This document shows positions 1-12,652 of a stretch of 64,000 nucleotides of DNA, one piece after another. Positions within the stretch are counted from its first letter, which is position 1. Each line of letters starts with the position of its first letter. A program made the translations under genes and the position numbers. Where the stretch lies: assembly GCA_028534125.1 (NCBI GenBank), contig CM052832.1, forward strand, positions 12,278,001 through 12,342,000. The letters run 5' to 3'. A model generated the notes under the pieces. That model made no database searches and had not been told where the DNA came from. It saw nothing but the letters and a program-made list of their open reading frames with translations. The stretch comes from Lama glama (lineage: Eukaryota).

Positions 1-3000
1 CCCCAGGTAAGGGGGGTGCTTGTTCTCCCGCGAAGGGCCTGCAGCCCACACAGCTACAGAAGGAAGTCCCGCGCCTGCAGGGTGGGGACGTCGATATCAT
101 TTCTGGATGTCTCTTCGAGGAGAGTGGAAGCCAGCTCCTGTGGGTTTGCTTCCTCCTAGCAGCCTCTCTGTGGAGGTGGCGGCTGCAGAGACCTTGAGAG
201 GTCAGGCGCCCTGTCCTCCGTCCTCTCCCCTCCCGAACGCCAGCCGTGTCAGTGGTCCCTGGGCCCTCTGAGCGTGGTGTGCAAGGAACCCAGCCCCACA
301 GGGCGGCCCAGGTGCATGGCTGCGTTTTCTCTGTCCGTCTACCCAGTCCTGTGCCAGCCTGCACATGGCTGTTGATGAGCAAGCCTCTTTCTTCCAGGCC
401 TGTTCTTCCCTCTGGGGCCTGGCCTGGATTCCCGGCAGGCAGCCTTTCCAGTGGACCATGCTATTGGTAGATGTTCCTTCACCTTTGAGTTTCACAGGGA
501 AAGAATGGGTGGGTGGTTCTCCCCCATTTTGGGCGCCCATGGTCAGGGCACCAGGCAGGTGAGGTTCCTGGCCTCAAACATGCTGTTTTCTCCAGAGAAA
601 TGTTCCTCAGGCATCGTTGAGCAAGCCCTGGTGGGGAGGAGTTGGTGTCTGCTGCTGGCCCCGTCTGCTCATCACTCTCTTGCTTTTGCACCATCACATG
701 TGCTTGGCATGCACCTCTGAAGGACTGACCGCTGGTTAAAGACAGCAGTTGTAGAAACAGTAAGGTTGAAGCTCAAGAGGTGAATGAAAGGCATAAAAAT
801 AGTAGCTATCCTGGAATTTCACCTTCACGTGAACTTTCTCAGATCTGTATAGGATCAGTGTCCTGGGCATGTCATAGGGCCACTATGTTAGGTTCTGCAC
901 CCAGAAGGGGGCTCTCTGCTTGGGATTTAATGCTACCCAGCATCCTCTTGAAATTCTTAGTCATTTTACCTTTGAATCTTCTTTTGTAAAGGGAGCCCCA
1001 GGGAACAGGGAAGCATCCACTAGGGGCTTCCCACCAGGGGCTGGGAACCTCGGTTCTCCTGCCGGCCAGTGTCTGCTCCTTCTCTCCTTCCCAGGATGGG
1101 TTCTCAACCACCTACCCCCTGAGCCCTGGTTCCTGGATCTGCCTGGCCTCCTGCTGCTCAGCTGCCCCGTGACCCCTGCCACCCTCCACTCCCAGTTGGG
1201 GCCTGGCACATTCGCAGGAGGATCAGGGTCTGGTGTGAGTCCCACGTGGAATCACAGGATAGGGCCCTGAGTGCCCGAGGGGTTCTGCCCTGATCTAAGG
1301 AGCTTCCTGAGGGAGTGTGGCATCAAAGAGCAAATGCAAACCCTGTGACAGGTCAGGAGAGAAAAGGGAAAGCTTTTTTTCTTGCTTTTTGAAGAAGAAA
1401 CATCCCAAATCATAAAATAAGTAATGACCAGGATCATAATGCAAGCTCCATAAACTGAGTCATTCTCAGAGCAAACAGGGCTCACAGGAGTCGAATTTCT
1501 GGGCATCAGGAATGTAGCAGACCCTCAAAGAGAACATTGTTTATTCAGAATACTGGGCTCTGGGTGCCACACCCCCAGCTGAGAGAGCAGCAGGAATGTG
1601 TCTGAGGTGGTGTGAAGTCAGAGGTGAAGGGAAGGAGGGTGACAGAGGTTGGTCGGGCAGGACACCTGGGGGAGGCAGCCCTGGAGGAGACCCGCGATGG
1701 CACAGACAGCCAGAGAGAGCACCCCTGGGTCCGAGTCCCCTAGGAGCCAGAACCGCACAGTAAGAAAATAGGGGTCAGGGCATCTCTTCCTCACCGTGGA
1801 GGGGAGGCAGGATTTCTTCAGTCTGTGTCTGCTTGTTTGCCAGGTGACATCAGTGTCCTGCATTTAGTCAGAGCCAGGACCTGTTTACTGTTAGATACCC
1901 ACCCAAGGACTGCAGATTTCAAGAGGCATAGATGGAATTGGTTTTTAGCACGAAAAGGTAGGATGGCCTATGCGGGTAGCAGCAAGAGAAGTGTGGGTGA
2001 ATGAACTCTGGCCACATCTCCCAGGTGAGACTGTTTCCTGCAAGTGCGGCCCCATCCAGAGCATGGGGGTGAGAGCAGGGTGTGGTGGACAAAGTGCAGC
2101 ACCTGTGAGGCAGGGAGCTGAGCATTCAGAAGAGATGGGTGCGTCTGTTTGGGTGGAAAGTGTCCTGCTTCTTGTGTACATGGCCAGGGCTGCTGGCAGC
2201 TCTGTGACTGTGGCAGCGGGAGATGCCCCCACCTGCAGAGGTCCCAGCTGCTGGTGAAGAGCAGCAGGCACAGCTGAAACCAGCTGGGGTTTCTTGCCCG
2301 AGGTAGGCATGCGTCTGTCTTGCTCTGGTCGGCCAAGCCTGCCTGCACGCAGGCTGAGCGTCTGTGCTGCGGCTGATTCCCCCATTTCCCTCCGCCAGGG
2401 TCAGGGCCAGCTCTCAGGTGAGCAGCCGTGGGGTCTGTGGATGTTCCAGTACCTTGGCTCCTACTTTCCCACAGCGCTCCTTCCCTCTCCTCCAGGCAGT
2501 GCATGCCTGCTCCTGGCATCTGTCTCTCATCTTCCTTTGTGAGCACCAGGGCGATGAATTCATTTAATTTCCTAGCTATGTTTACAACTTCTGTCAATAA
2601 ATTCCCCCAGTGTTTACCTTTTAAAGGCTCCACCACTTGCCCCAGTGACCTCTTGCTCCTTGTGTGCTCAGCATTGTCCAGGTCATTTTTCTCACTTAGA
2701 ACATTTTCCTTTCATTTCCCACCAGGGTGTTTGTCGCCCTGCTCCTCCTCTCTGCTCTGAGTCCCCGTGTAGGCATGGTTCTCGCACATCTGCTTCTCTA
2801 CTCTGCCCTTGGATGCGCATCTCCCCACCTCCAGCCCACTCACAGGGTCTTGTCTCCATCCTCCTCTCCCACTTCACGCTCGACCGTAACCACTTGTCAG
2901 TCTGTCCTGCAGCTCATCCGCCTCCAACCTCTCTCCTTCAGTTGTTTTCATTCGTCTGATTCTCCCAGTACCTGGAGCCAAAAAGGTCTTTTTTGGACTG

Positions 3001-3659
3001 TTTGCTCCGTCACTTGATGGTCTCAGTCGCCACCGTAGTGATCGTGTGTTTCCGGCCCACCTGCCCCAACTGCTAATGGACTCTGAGCTACTCAGGAGGC
3101 AGACGTTGTTCCCCTCCTAAGCTCTCCTGTCTGAAAGAGGTTAGAAACAAGGTCTTGTCGACAAGCCAACAGATGCCCTGTCGGATCTGAAGTTTCTACT
3201 CATGACTGTGCTGCGCTGGTTCCGAAGTAGCACGTCTTGCAGACCCTTCATTTTCATTTCACTAATTGTCGTAGCAGAGCAGCAAAGGCACACTGCTCCG
3301 TCCTTAAAGCAGTCAGGCTGGGTCCAAAGGAGATCTGTCTGTGGACCTATGACAATCCATCAGTTATTAAAAAAAAATAGAAGTTACGCCTGTTTCTTTT
3401 TATGGCTTTTATAAAAACCTGGGTTGGAGAACAGGTTCTGGAGTGACTTTTCAGGAGGCAGAGACCTCAGGAGCACAGGCAGCCCCAGACGTTAAGACGA
3501 CCATAGAAAAGCAACTTTCTGCAACCTAGAAAGACGGGGTCCGCTCACGAGGACCCACATGACAGCTGTGCTGCGTCAACAACAGACACTGAGGACAGTA
3601 TTGACAGGCTGTAGGCAGCTCTCCGGGCTCCATTTATGTATGAATTGATGTGGCTGAGG

Positions 3660-3760
3660 AGAGAGGCCATGTTGTATTTGTCTTTGTCTCCCTGGCCCTG
3701 CCTCAGGCCGGAGCTGTGAGCATAGAGCACCTGTTGGCTGAATGAGTGAATGTATCATTC
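3660..3760 (+). mobile_element. L2 3' end relic
   Basis: Degenerate L2 tail ending in ...tgttggctgaatgagtgaatg. Confidence 0.45.
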
Positions 3761-4057
3761 GGTTCATCCATCCATCGCTTCCTCTCCTCATCAGGCAGCC
3801 AAAAAAGGAAAAGATTTAGTGAAAATTACTCATCATCGAGAGACCATGGTATCCCAAGACGACTTTCTGTAGTCACACTGAGGAGTTTTCTAAACCAGAA
3901 GCTTTTGTAAATGGGAAAGTATGTGTGCCAGATACTTAAGCATCTCCTAGTTTAGGACCCTTATAATAATAACTTTTATTACCATTATAACAGATCTGGA
4001 AGGGACCAGAGGGTGCCAGTGGTGTTTCTGGTTCTTGACTGGAGTGCAGTGTATGTG

Positions 4058-4557
4058 NNNNNNNNNNNNNNNNNNNNNNNNNNNNNNNNNNNNNNNNNNN
4101 NNNNNNNNNNNNNNNNNNNNNNNNNNNNNNNNNNNNNNNNNNNNNNNNNNNNNNNNNNNNNNNNNNNNNNNNNNNNNNNNNNNNNNNNNNNNNNNNNNNN
4201 NNNNNNNNNNNNNNNNNNNNNNNNNNNNNNNNNNNNNNNNNNNNNNNNNNNNNNNNNNNNNNNNNNNNNNNNNNNNNNNNNNNNNNNNNNNNNNNNNNNN
4301 NNNNNNNNNNNNNNNNNNNNNNNNNNNNNNNNNNNNNNNNNNNNNNNNNNNNNNNNNNNNNNNNNNNNNNNNNNNNNNNNNNNNNNNNNNNNNNNNNNNN
4401 NNNNNNNNNNNNNNNNNNNNNNNNNNNNNNNNNNNNNNNNNNNNNNNNNNNNNNNNNNNNNNNNNNNNNNNNNNNNNNNNNNNNNNNNNNNNNNNNNNNN
4501 NNNNNNNNNNNNNNNNNNNNNNNNNNNNNNNNNNNNNNNNNNNNNNNNNNNNNNNNN
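4058..4557. other. Assembly gap (500 N)
   Basis: Exactly 500 N, a fixed-size scaffolding placeholder. Confidence 0.99.
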
Positions 4558-7321
4558 GGGGGCTCAGCCAGGCAGCTGGCAGCTGGGACTTCTGGGGGCT
4601 CCCCATTTCCCCCAGCTCAGAGGGCAGAGCCTGTATTGAGCTGTGTGGTGCTGGGGAGAAACATGGTTATGATTTCTGCAGGACGCTGAAACAGTATTGT
4701 CAGGTGTGTTGGGAACAACGGCCGTTCGCATTACTGTTCTAAAGCAGGTTGGTTAGATGGGCTGGAGACAGTCATGCAGGCAAGTCAGCCAGGTTAGGGA
4801 GAGACATTCAGGCTGGGATGGGAGTACCAGTGGGACTGGAGGCAACAGGAGTCTGGTGCTGCACTGCTGAGTGCTCCCTGCAGGGGGTGCCCTCCCAAGC
4901 TTTTTACAGGCGCAGCGCGGAGCAGAAACCCACCCTGCCCCTCAGGACAGCATGGCCTGCGGTGCCCTTCCTTAGGTGAGAGTCAGTGCCCGGCTGCACT
5001 GAGATCTTTTTTAACTTTATTTTTCAATCCAGCGTTTTTATTGATTTGTTTATTCTTGTGTGAGGCCCTGAGCGGGAGAACAGATGGCCACACCTTGGTC
5101 CTTGAGTTAGATGGGAACTGACAGCTCAGGACAGAAGCAGGAGAAGGTGCTGGGCTGTGGGGCAGGAAGTGCCCTGAAGCCTCACGGGCTGGCCTAGAAA
5201 TTGAGAGAAGCGGAGAGAGGCTGGTGAGAGCACAAGGCGAGGTGAGGGGGGATAGGGAGCAGTGCCGTGTAGTCGGTTCAGCGATTAGGATCAGTTGGGC
5301 TCTGAGGCGTGGCCTTGGAGATACTGACCACCCGGAGCAGGGGAGGGGATTACACAAGTGACCGATCATGACCGATTACGGGGCAGGAGAGTGAGCCCGG
5401 GTCAGAGGGGAGGTGCAGTTAAAGGCAGCATGTTCAGAATAGTCGTCGCTCAGAGCAGATGGAGGCGGGCGCTCGGGACGAAGGACAGCTCTGGGTCGTA
5501 CTGAGAAAGGGGAGGTGTGTGTTCTCTCATGAGCGGCTCTTGGGAGAGGGTCCACTGAGAGCACAGTGGGGTGTGTTCTGGGGAGATCGGCCCAGCCATC
5601 ACCCTGCAGCCTCCATGGCCCTGTCCAGTGCCTGGAAAAAGGGGTGTTCATAAGGCAAAAGTAACAGTCGATAACCCAGAGAAGATGGTCTGTCACTTCA
5701 GAAGCTTAAAGAATGTGGACTGATGAAGAGTAGATTAATGGTGGCCACTTAGGAGAGGATTTTCAAGTTTACTCCACAAAGCTGGGGTCGGAGCTGTTGG
5801 CTTAAGCAGTTTTAAATCCCCATAAAAGGCCTTCCCACCTTGGCTGTTGGCGAGTAAGCACCTGCAGATGGGCCCGAAGAGGGAGACTTGATAGAAAAGG
5901 AAAGGAGAAGGGGAAGACAAGAAAAGGAAGGAGAGGCTGGGGGCTGACTCGGGGCAGCTGCAGCCAGGAGGGCCCACAGGCAGCTTGCGGCTGGCCCGAG
6001 CTTTAAGGAGGGAAGCGGCTCACCTGAGAGAAACAGACTCTGCCAATACGAGGGGGAGCCAGAAGACGCATGGTCTCAGTTAGTCTTCGTATTAGAGTTT
6101 GGAATGTGAAGTTTGAAACAGTGGTAGGTAAATGAAGTGGGAATATGGAAAAATCAGTGCTTCTGGAAAGTAAGCCCGCAATTTATATTCTAGGTATAGT
6201 TTCACAGTTGATACGACATTTGTCTTCTCCTCGATGAACTTGATTCTGCAGTACAGGGGTGCACAGTGTGTGTGCGGTGTGTGCGCATGCCTGTGCCCGA
6301 GCTGTGGAGGACGAGGAGCTCCCAGCAGGAAGCATGAGCAGTCCATCCCGCTGGCTCTGCATACCCTGAGCCCCTGCCGTCTCCTCTGTCTAGTCCTCCC
6401 TCAGGAACAGAGGCGTGTGTCCAGCACTGCCCACTCTCAGGGTACCAGTGCCTTATCCTGTGCAGATGGGCCCCTATCCAGGACTCACAAAACATGGGCA
6501 GATCTGAAGTTCAGTGGCTCCTCTCCAGCCAGCAGACACCTTGGAAGGAAAGGGTGGCCTGACCCAAGAGAGCATGAGGGTTGAGTTCTCCTGGGAGCAC
6601 TGGGTGGCCAGGGCCATGTGGCCTGCCTTTCACACCTGTACACACAGGCCCCAGGCACCCGCCAGTCCTTCCAAACACATCATTACACACATGCTTATAA
6701 CTTACCCTGAGCATTTGCACCTAAGTTCAATGACAGCTTTATAACAACTTGCATCATCTTACTCATCTAGGGCCTTGGGCTAGTTTAAAGTCTGGAGACC
6801 AAAGGGAGAACACCTGGGAGAGGCAGCACGTTAGAGAGCCTGGACCCTAAGAGGCGCTGTCCAGGATGCTCTGGTTCTAGAAGCTGGTCTTCTGCCTCCT
6901 GGTCCCCCGGCCCCAGTCACTGGTGGCCCTCTGGTTCCCTCAGTCTCAGTTCCTGTGCCTGTGTCAGGCTCACACCCTCCACCCCATGCTGTCCGTTCTC
7001 AAGGTCAGGGCTCACCCTTCTTTGCTGAGCTCTGTGTCGTGCCCGTCTGCTCAGTGATGCTTCCTGAGTGACTCACTGTGGGAGGCAAACTTTTCCTGGC
7101 TCCTCAGGGAGGCCCTGTTCCTCCCTGTGAGGGTGTGTGTTCCCATTTGGCTCAAGCGGCCCCAGGTTGAAGTCCCCTTCCCAGCACTGCTGCCCTGAGG
7201 ATAATTACACACCAAGGACTTGTTCCCTTCCCAAGGGCAGAGGACTAGGTGGATCAGCTCTTTGGACTCTTGGAGATAAGCCTGGGTCCTCCCTTGGGGT
7301 AATGCCCTGCTGGCTTTGTAA

Positions 7322-7445
7322 AATAACTTTATTGTGATATAATTCACATGCCATAAAACTCACTCATTTAAAGTATACAACTCAGTGCTTTGTAGTATGT
7401 TCACAGAATCATGGAGCCATCACCACCACCACCACCGATTGACTT
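7322..7445 (-). mobile_element. Old L1 (L1MA/L1MB-like) 3' end fragment
   Basis: aactttattgtgatataattcacatgccataaaactcactcatttaaagtatacaactcagtg is the typical antisense L1M 3' terminus. Confidence 0.8.
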
Positions 7446-7733
7446 TGAACCCAATGGCCAAATGTAAGAATCAGTTAATTTAAAAAAAAAAAGAAAGAAA
7501 AGCTCATGAGACAAAAATAACCCAGAACGGAGAAATCCATTGAGGACATTTTATAGGCACTCACATTGTGCTGTCATCCGTCCACTTACTTGTATTCTAA
7601 CTAATTGAAACACATGTACCACCTTCTCATGCTGCCTGTCTGTGCCGGGCCGGGGAGCATTGGGACCTCTCATGGCAGCTCTAGGGCCAGATGCTGACCT
7701 GTCACTCACCGGGTCTTTGCTTTCTCTCACCAG

Positions 7734-7931
7734 GTGTTCCACTGTGTCCACTTCGAGTGTCCTGAGCAGCAGAGCGGCCAGAAGGAGGAAAACAGCGAGG
7801 AACCGGGGACAGGGGACAGCAGCTCGGCCAGCCAGCATCTCGACCCCCATGCCCTGCAGGCCGCCAGTGGCAACCCACTGCCCCTCAGCCCAGGTTCCAA
7901 CTCGCGCTCATCCAACCGGCAGCACCAGTAA
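7734..7931 (+). CDS. BTBD9: BTBD9 last coding exon (C-terminus VFHCVHFECPEQQ...NRQHQ*)
   Basis: Translation matches the BTBD9 C-terminus as I recall it (VFHCVHFECPEQQSSQKEENSEE...PGSNSRSPNRQHQ). Preceded by pyrimidine tract and acceptor tctttgctttctctcaccAG (AG 7732-7733), phase 0, TAA stop at 7929-7931. Upstream exons not seen in the window. Confidence 0.96.
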   Translation: MFHCVHFECPEQQSGQKEENSEEPGTGDSSSASQHLDPHALQAASGNPLPLSPGSNSRSSNRQHQ

Positions 7932-10900
7932 AGGAGTCGCACATGTGGAGTGACTCGGGTGGGTCCAGGTGGCGGCAGGAACGGCATTAGCCCCAGCAGG
8001 GATTTTTTTGGACTGCCCCTCCCCCTGCTCCCTGGAGGAGCAGACCTGGCTGCAGAAATGACACAGAACAGGTTTTCTCCCAAGGACACAAAGGGGCTGC
8101 TTTGTTCTCCTCAATTTGTTCAAATCAGGCTGGTCTCCATGGGGAGAAAGTGGGTCTTCAATCTTCATCAAGTCCACCATTAACACCCTACCTCTCTAAT
8201 CTAACCCTGCAGAGGGCACAGAAGGAAGTAACAGACAGGCCCGAGTCGGAATACAGAAACAGCACATGAACACACGGGGCTGGAAGAGAATGTATGAGGC
8301 CTTCGTGACCCAGAAGCACCCTTTGGGAAATGGGTTTCTGCAGTGTTTACTTTTATGGAACACACTGCCCTGGCAACTAAATGATCTTTTATTTCTTTTA
8401 GTTACTTCTCTGTTTGCTGAATCATAGGAGTTCCAGATCTTTCTGAAAGGCTCAAACAGCAAATCGCTTGTTTTAATCCCTCTTGACGCTGTAATTTTCC
8501 TTCCTTAGCTTTGAATGGTTGAGCGTGGGGAAGGAGCTCCTCGACAAGGCGCCGATGCAGCTCATCACGGCACCTCGTCTGACAAGGAAAATCCTTTGAG
8601 GAAGTTCAACCAAATACACAGTGAGCAAATCAGTCCGTGGACACTGGAGTTAATAATCACTCGAATTGCTGAGTTATTAACCTGTCATCCTGAAACGTAT
8701 CCAGCCTTAGGAGGCTGACAAGGAAATAGTGATTATGCCACCTGCTAATTTAATGTTCAGAAGTACATGTAGATAAATGTGTACCAACATCAGGTTGGCC
8801 TGAACTTGTCCTCGAATTGGCATAGGCGACTGGGGCTGGGTGCCAGGGCCGTCCTGCCGGTCAGTGGCAGGAATGATGCAAAACTGGGTCTTCAGCACGG
8901 TGGTGCCTGGTCGGTGGTTGCTGTGTTTTTCCCCCAGACCATAATACTCAACTGGAGATTGAAAAAAAAAAATTAAGTTCTAAGAAGCTTTCCTCTTAAT
9001 CCTCATTGAAGCGATCTTATCTGACAGTTGTCGCCTGATCTGGTTCTGTGTGTCTTAGTAATTCCGTTCCAGTGCTCGCTTCCCTGTGTGACTCCAACAG
9101 ATTGTGTATGGTTTTCGCTCCTCTCCAGAGTTCTCCCATGGGCTGGCTGTTGCAGCCAGGTCTTCTGCACACCCTGCATGGAGGAGGGGTGGGGCCCACA
9201 GGGGCTCCTTTCTGTTTTAGGACACATTGGTTGTGGGTGTACAAAGAGCCAATGGGTCAGCTGTTTCCTCCTAGTGTGACTCAATTGTGAGTGACTTAAC
9301 AGTATGGGAATGGTAGGGTAACATCAAACTGCATGATTAAATGGGAAGGTTGTCTTTATGCTAATCTCCCTTGGTGCCCTTAGCTCTCTGATCTCTGTCC
9401 GTGTCCCTGTAGGGGTGAGCTCCCGTTCACAGTGGGTGGGTGGCTGCTGGCTGTGGCTGTCCCTGCCTCCGTCAGCATCCAGTCCCCGGTCGCCAATTAG
9501 AGCCAAGAATTCCTATCCACTCAGCACCTCCTTCAGCGGTGTCTTCACTACTGATGAGGGGACAGGAGGAGCCGGTTAAGTCAGAACAAGGACAGGGCTC
9601 AAGTGTTTTGCACGTATCTCCTATTCAAGGGCTTCTTTTCAGACTCTGAAGTCACCTGTCCAGGGAGGAGTCCTGGCTTGGAGGCTGGCACTGCTGACCT
9701 GGGGGAGCTGGGGGTGGGCTGGTGGAGGGTCTGAAGAGTGGACCCAACCCTTGATCTTCAGTCCCTTCATTCGGCCGCCCAGGCAGCACCTGTCTCCGCC
9801 GAGGCTCAGGTAGCTAAATGCTGTCTGGCGGCTCAGCTCCACACCTGAAGGGGTAGGAACTGTGCCCTTCCTAGCCAGTGGCTCTACTCCTCCCTCCTGT
9901 CCCCTGGGAACACCTTTTAGCGTTTGCTCCTTCCAGACCTCTTCCCTGAGGTCTCCCTCCCCACCCCTCCAGCACTTCAGGTAAAGGGAAGGAGGGGGAA
10001 GACGAGGTAGTGGGGACATCTCGAGGCAGCAGGGAGGACTGAAGCAGGCTTCATGCAGCAGAATCGCCCCATCCCTCCCCCGGCAGCCCGCCTCCCTGGG
10101 TGGCCATCTGGAGGCCTTGCTTGGGTGGAAGCCTGCTCTGGGCCCCTGCAGAAGCCTGATGAAGCTCAGCAAAACCTGCTTCGGTCCGCCTCCTGTTAGC
10201 AGGCAGGGGCTCTGCCTGCCTTGATGAGTCTTCTGGTTTGGGGAGCAGCGGGGGCGCTCTTTCTGTGGGCCTGGCTGGGCCAGGGCCTTCTGGAGGGGTC
10301 TGGAGACCCCATTCGAGGTGCAGCACACCAGACACGCCCAGGACGAGGTGTGGATCTCCAGGGAATGAGGGATGAGTGGGCAGCCAGGTAAGTGGCATTC
10401 TCCGGAGCCCTGGTTGGTCCTGCAGAGGACTTCTCCCCTAGAGCCAGCTGGACCCACGTGGTCCCCACACTTGGAGGGCCTAGGGGAGCTAAATGGGAGT
10501 GCAGGTGAGGAGACCGGCTCACACAGCTCCGGGGAGCCACACGTGCCCGTGGTGTCCTCAGCCCAGCAAGGGTGGAGGCTGCTTGCTTCCACGGGAGCTG
10601 CAGGGTGCCAGGAAGGAGATTCTGCCAAGCTATGAGGCAGGCAGGGCAGACGAGGGCCTGTGGCTCCCCACACTTGGAGGACACAGCCCATGACATCTGG
10701 TTTAAGAAAGTCACATGAGATGGACAGAGGTGCACTTGTGACCTCCTGCCCTATGTTGTGATGCTTCTCGGTTACAAACAGTGAAACGACACCTTTATAA
10801 CCACCACCCAGGTCAAGAAGCAACACTGCAGAACTCCTGCCCTTCATTTTTAGATGTTTTGTGGGAGAGTAAAAAGCAAACTGCGTTGGGGCATTTGGAG

Positions 10901-11990
10901 GAAAGCCTTCAAAGTTGCCTTCCGGTAGCTCCTTGGAGGCCTGCTGGGGTGGCACTGAGCACGGCAGGCAGGGCGTGTGCCATGTGGCCCCCGGTCAGGG
11001 CAGACTTAAAGGTAGGGCTTGCTGCCAGTGCTCTGGACTTGAAACAAGTGTAACAGTGTAGCACGCGTACACACAGTTTTCCCGTATTCTCAGTGCTTTT
11101 TCCGTTTTCCGTCTCCTGATTTTAGTTACAGCCATGAGCCCGTGATGGATGTGGGACTCTTCTCAACTGCTCTTTGAATTGTCACTTTTTTAATCTTAGT
11201 AAATGAAGTGTCGATTCCTGACAAATACATTTAAAGTGTTTTATTCCTAGAAGAGTTAGGAAAAGAAAATTATTTTCAGCGAGAGTAGGATGTGTTTTGT
11301 TAGACTGATTCCTTGGCTTTAAAAAAAAGGGTTTTGAATTGTGCAAAAAAAAATTGCTCAGTAGTTTTGGTGTCACCCCAGTTGTCAATCTGCTGTGCAG
11401 ACGGTGCCGACCCAGTCAACTTCACCTTTTTCTTAATTCAGACGGTAACAAAATTGTAATCAGTTATCCCTTCTAGAGTCACAGGGAAAACAATGAAGAT
11501 CTAATCTGTGATAAAAAGCAGAGCATCCTGTGTACTCAAGCCACTTGGTAATAAAGGGAGCACCACTCCCCACTGAGGTTTCAATTAAGAACCTCCCTTT
11601 AGACGGAGAAGGGTGTCAAAGGAAGAAAAGAAAATTAAATGTGTCTCCTTCCAGTTTTTCCTCATTAGTGGGTTTTTCCCCAGTTACTTCACTCCTGCCT
11701 TCCACGTGGGTGGCTGAGGCTCCTCTGGGTGCTGCCGAGGTGGTCGAGGCGGCAGCCGGTGGTGGTGGTGGTGGTGGTGGTGGTGGTGGTGGTGGCTGCA
11801 GCGGGGCAGGCCACGCTCCATTTATTTTTGTGGCTGCAGCCATCAATTCTGCACGTTTGTCCTGACAACAGCTCCAGCAGGAGTTCAGTGCTCATTAGTG
11901 GCCCTAGGAATTTAAAATGCAGTTGGCGGTTCTGTGCCACCATGGTTTTTATTATTACAATATTAAATTAGAAGCTGTCCTGGGGCCTGG
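7932..11990 (+). other. BTBD9: BTBD9 3' UTR (3' end uncertain)
   Basis: Follows the stop codon. Candidate signals are AATAAA 11550-11555, ATTAAA 11634-11639 and 11962-11967, with further ones at 13028 and 15122. The true end cannot be fixed from sequence alone. Confidence 0.55.
11758..11793 (+). repeat. (GGT)12 trinucleotide microsatellite
   Basis: Direct count of perfect GGT units. Confidence 0.97.
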
Positions 11991-12132
11991 TGTTTGCTCA
12001 GGAGTTTCTGAAGGAGGAGATGAAGTGGTTTAAACAGCAAGCAGAGCAACTAGGACGTGCCCGTTTCTCTCCCTGGAAGCTGACCTGGTCACACCTGGTT
12101 ACTGGACAGGATTCTGACGCTCTGGTGTCAGA

Positions 12133-12652
12133 TTTTTTTTTGTATATATATATATATATTTATTGAAGTGTAGTTGGTTTGCAATGTTGTGTCAATTTCT
12201 GGTGTACAGCATGTGATTCAGTCATACATGAACACACATATATTCATTTTCATACTTTTTTACCATAGGTTATAAGATACTGAATATAGTTCCCTGTGCT
12301 ATACAGTAGGAACTTGTTTCTCTCTTTTACATATATATATATATATAAAAGTTAGTGTCTGCAAATCTCAAACTCCCAATTTATACCTTCCCCCTCCCCG
12401 GTAACCGTAAGTTTGTTTTCTATGTCTGTGAGTCTATTTCTGTTTTGTAAAGAAGTTCATTTGTCTTTTTTCTTGAGTGATATGTGGTATTTTTCTTTCT
12501 CTTTCTGGCTTACTTCACTTAGAATGACTATCTCTTGGTACATCCATGTTGCTGCAAATAGCTTTATTCTTTTTATGGCTGAGTAGTATTCCATTATATA
12601 AATACACCACAACTTCTTTATCCAGCCATCTGTCGATGGATATTTAGGTTGT
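12133..12652 (-). mobile_element. Cetartiodactyl-type L1 3' fragment (ORF2 C-terminus, 3' UTR, A/TA tail)
   Basis: ORF track 12457..12879(-) contains QPKYPSTDGWIKKLWCIYIMEYYSAIK...FAATWM...ILSEVSQKEKEKYH, the L1 ORF2p C-terminal motif. T and (TA)n tail at the left end. Confidence 0.93.

Noticed and set aside
1968..2636. 222 aa - strand ORF (similarly 18019-18645 on +)
   Set aside because: GC-rich intronic sequence with no recognisable homology, and length within the chance range.
3947..4742. Long ORFs spanning the first N run
   Set aside because: Artefacts of translating N as X.
1..7733. Search for the penultimate BTBD9 exon (…IRIVGTHNTANE)
   Set aside because: Not found in the readable sequence. 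Probably upstream of the window, though the gap cannot be excluded.
11530..11971. Poly-Gly, poly-Pro, poly-Thr and poly-Val ORFs
   Set aside because: All are readings of the (GGT)12 microsatellite, with no splice or homology support.
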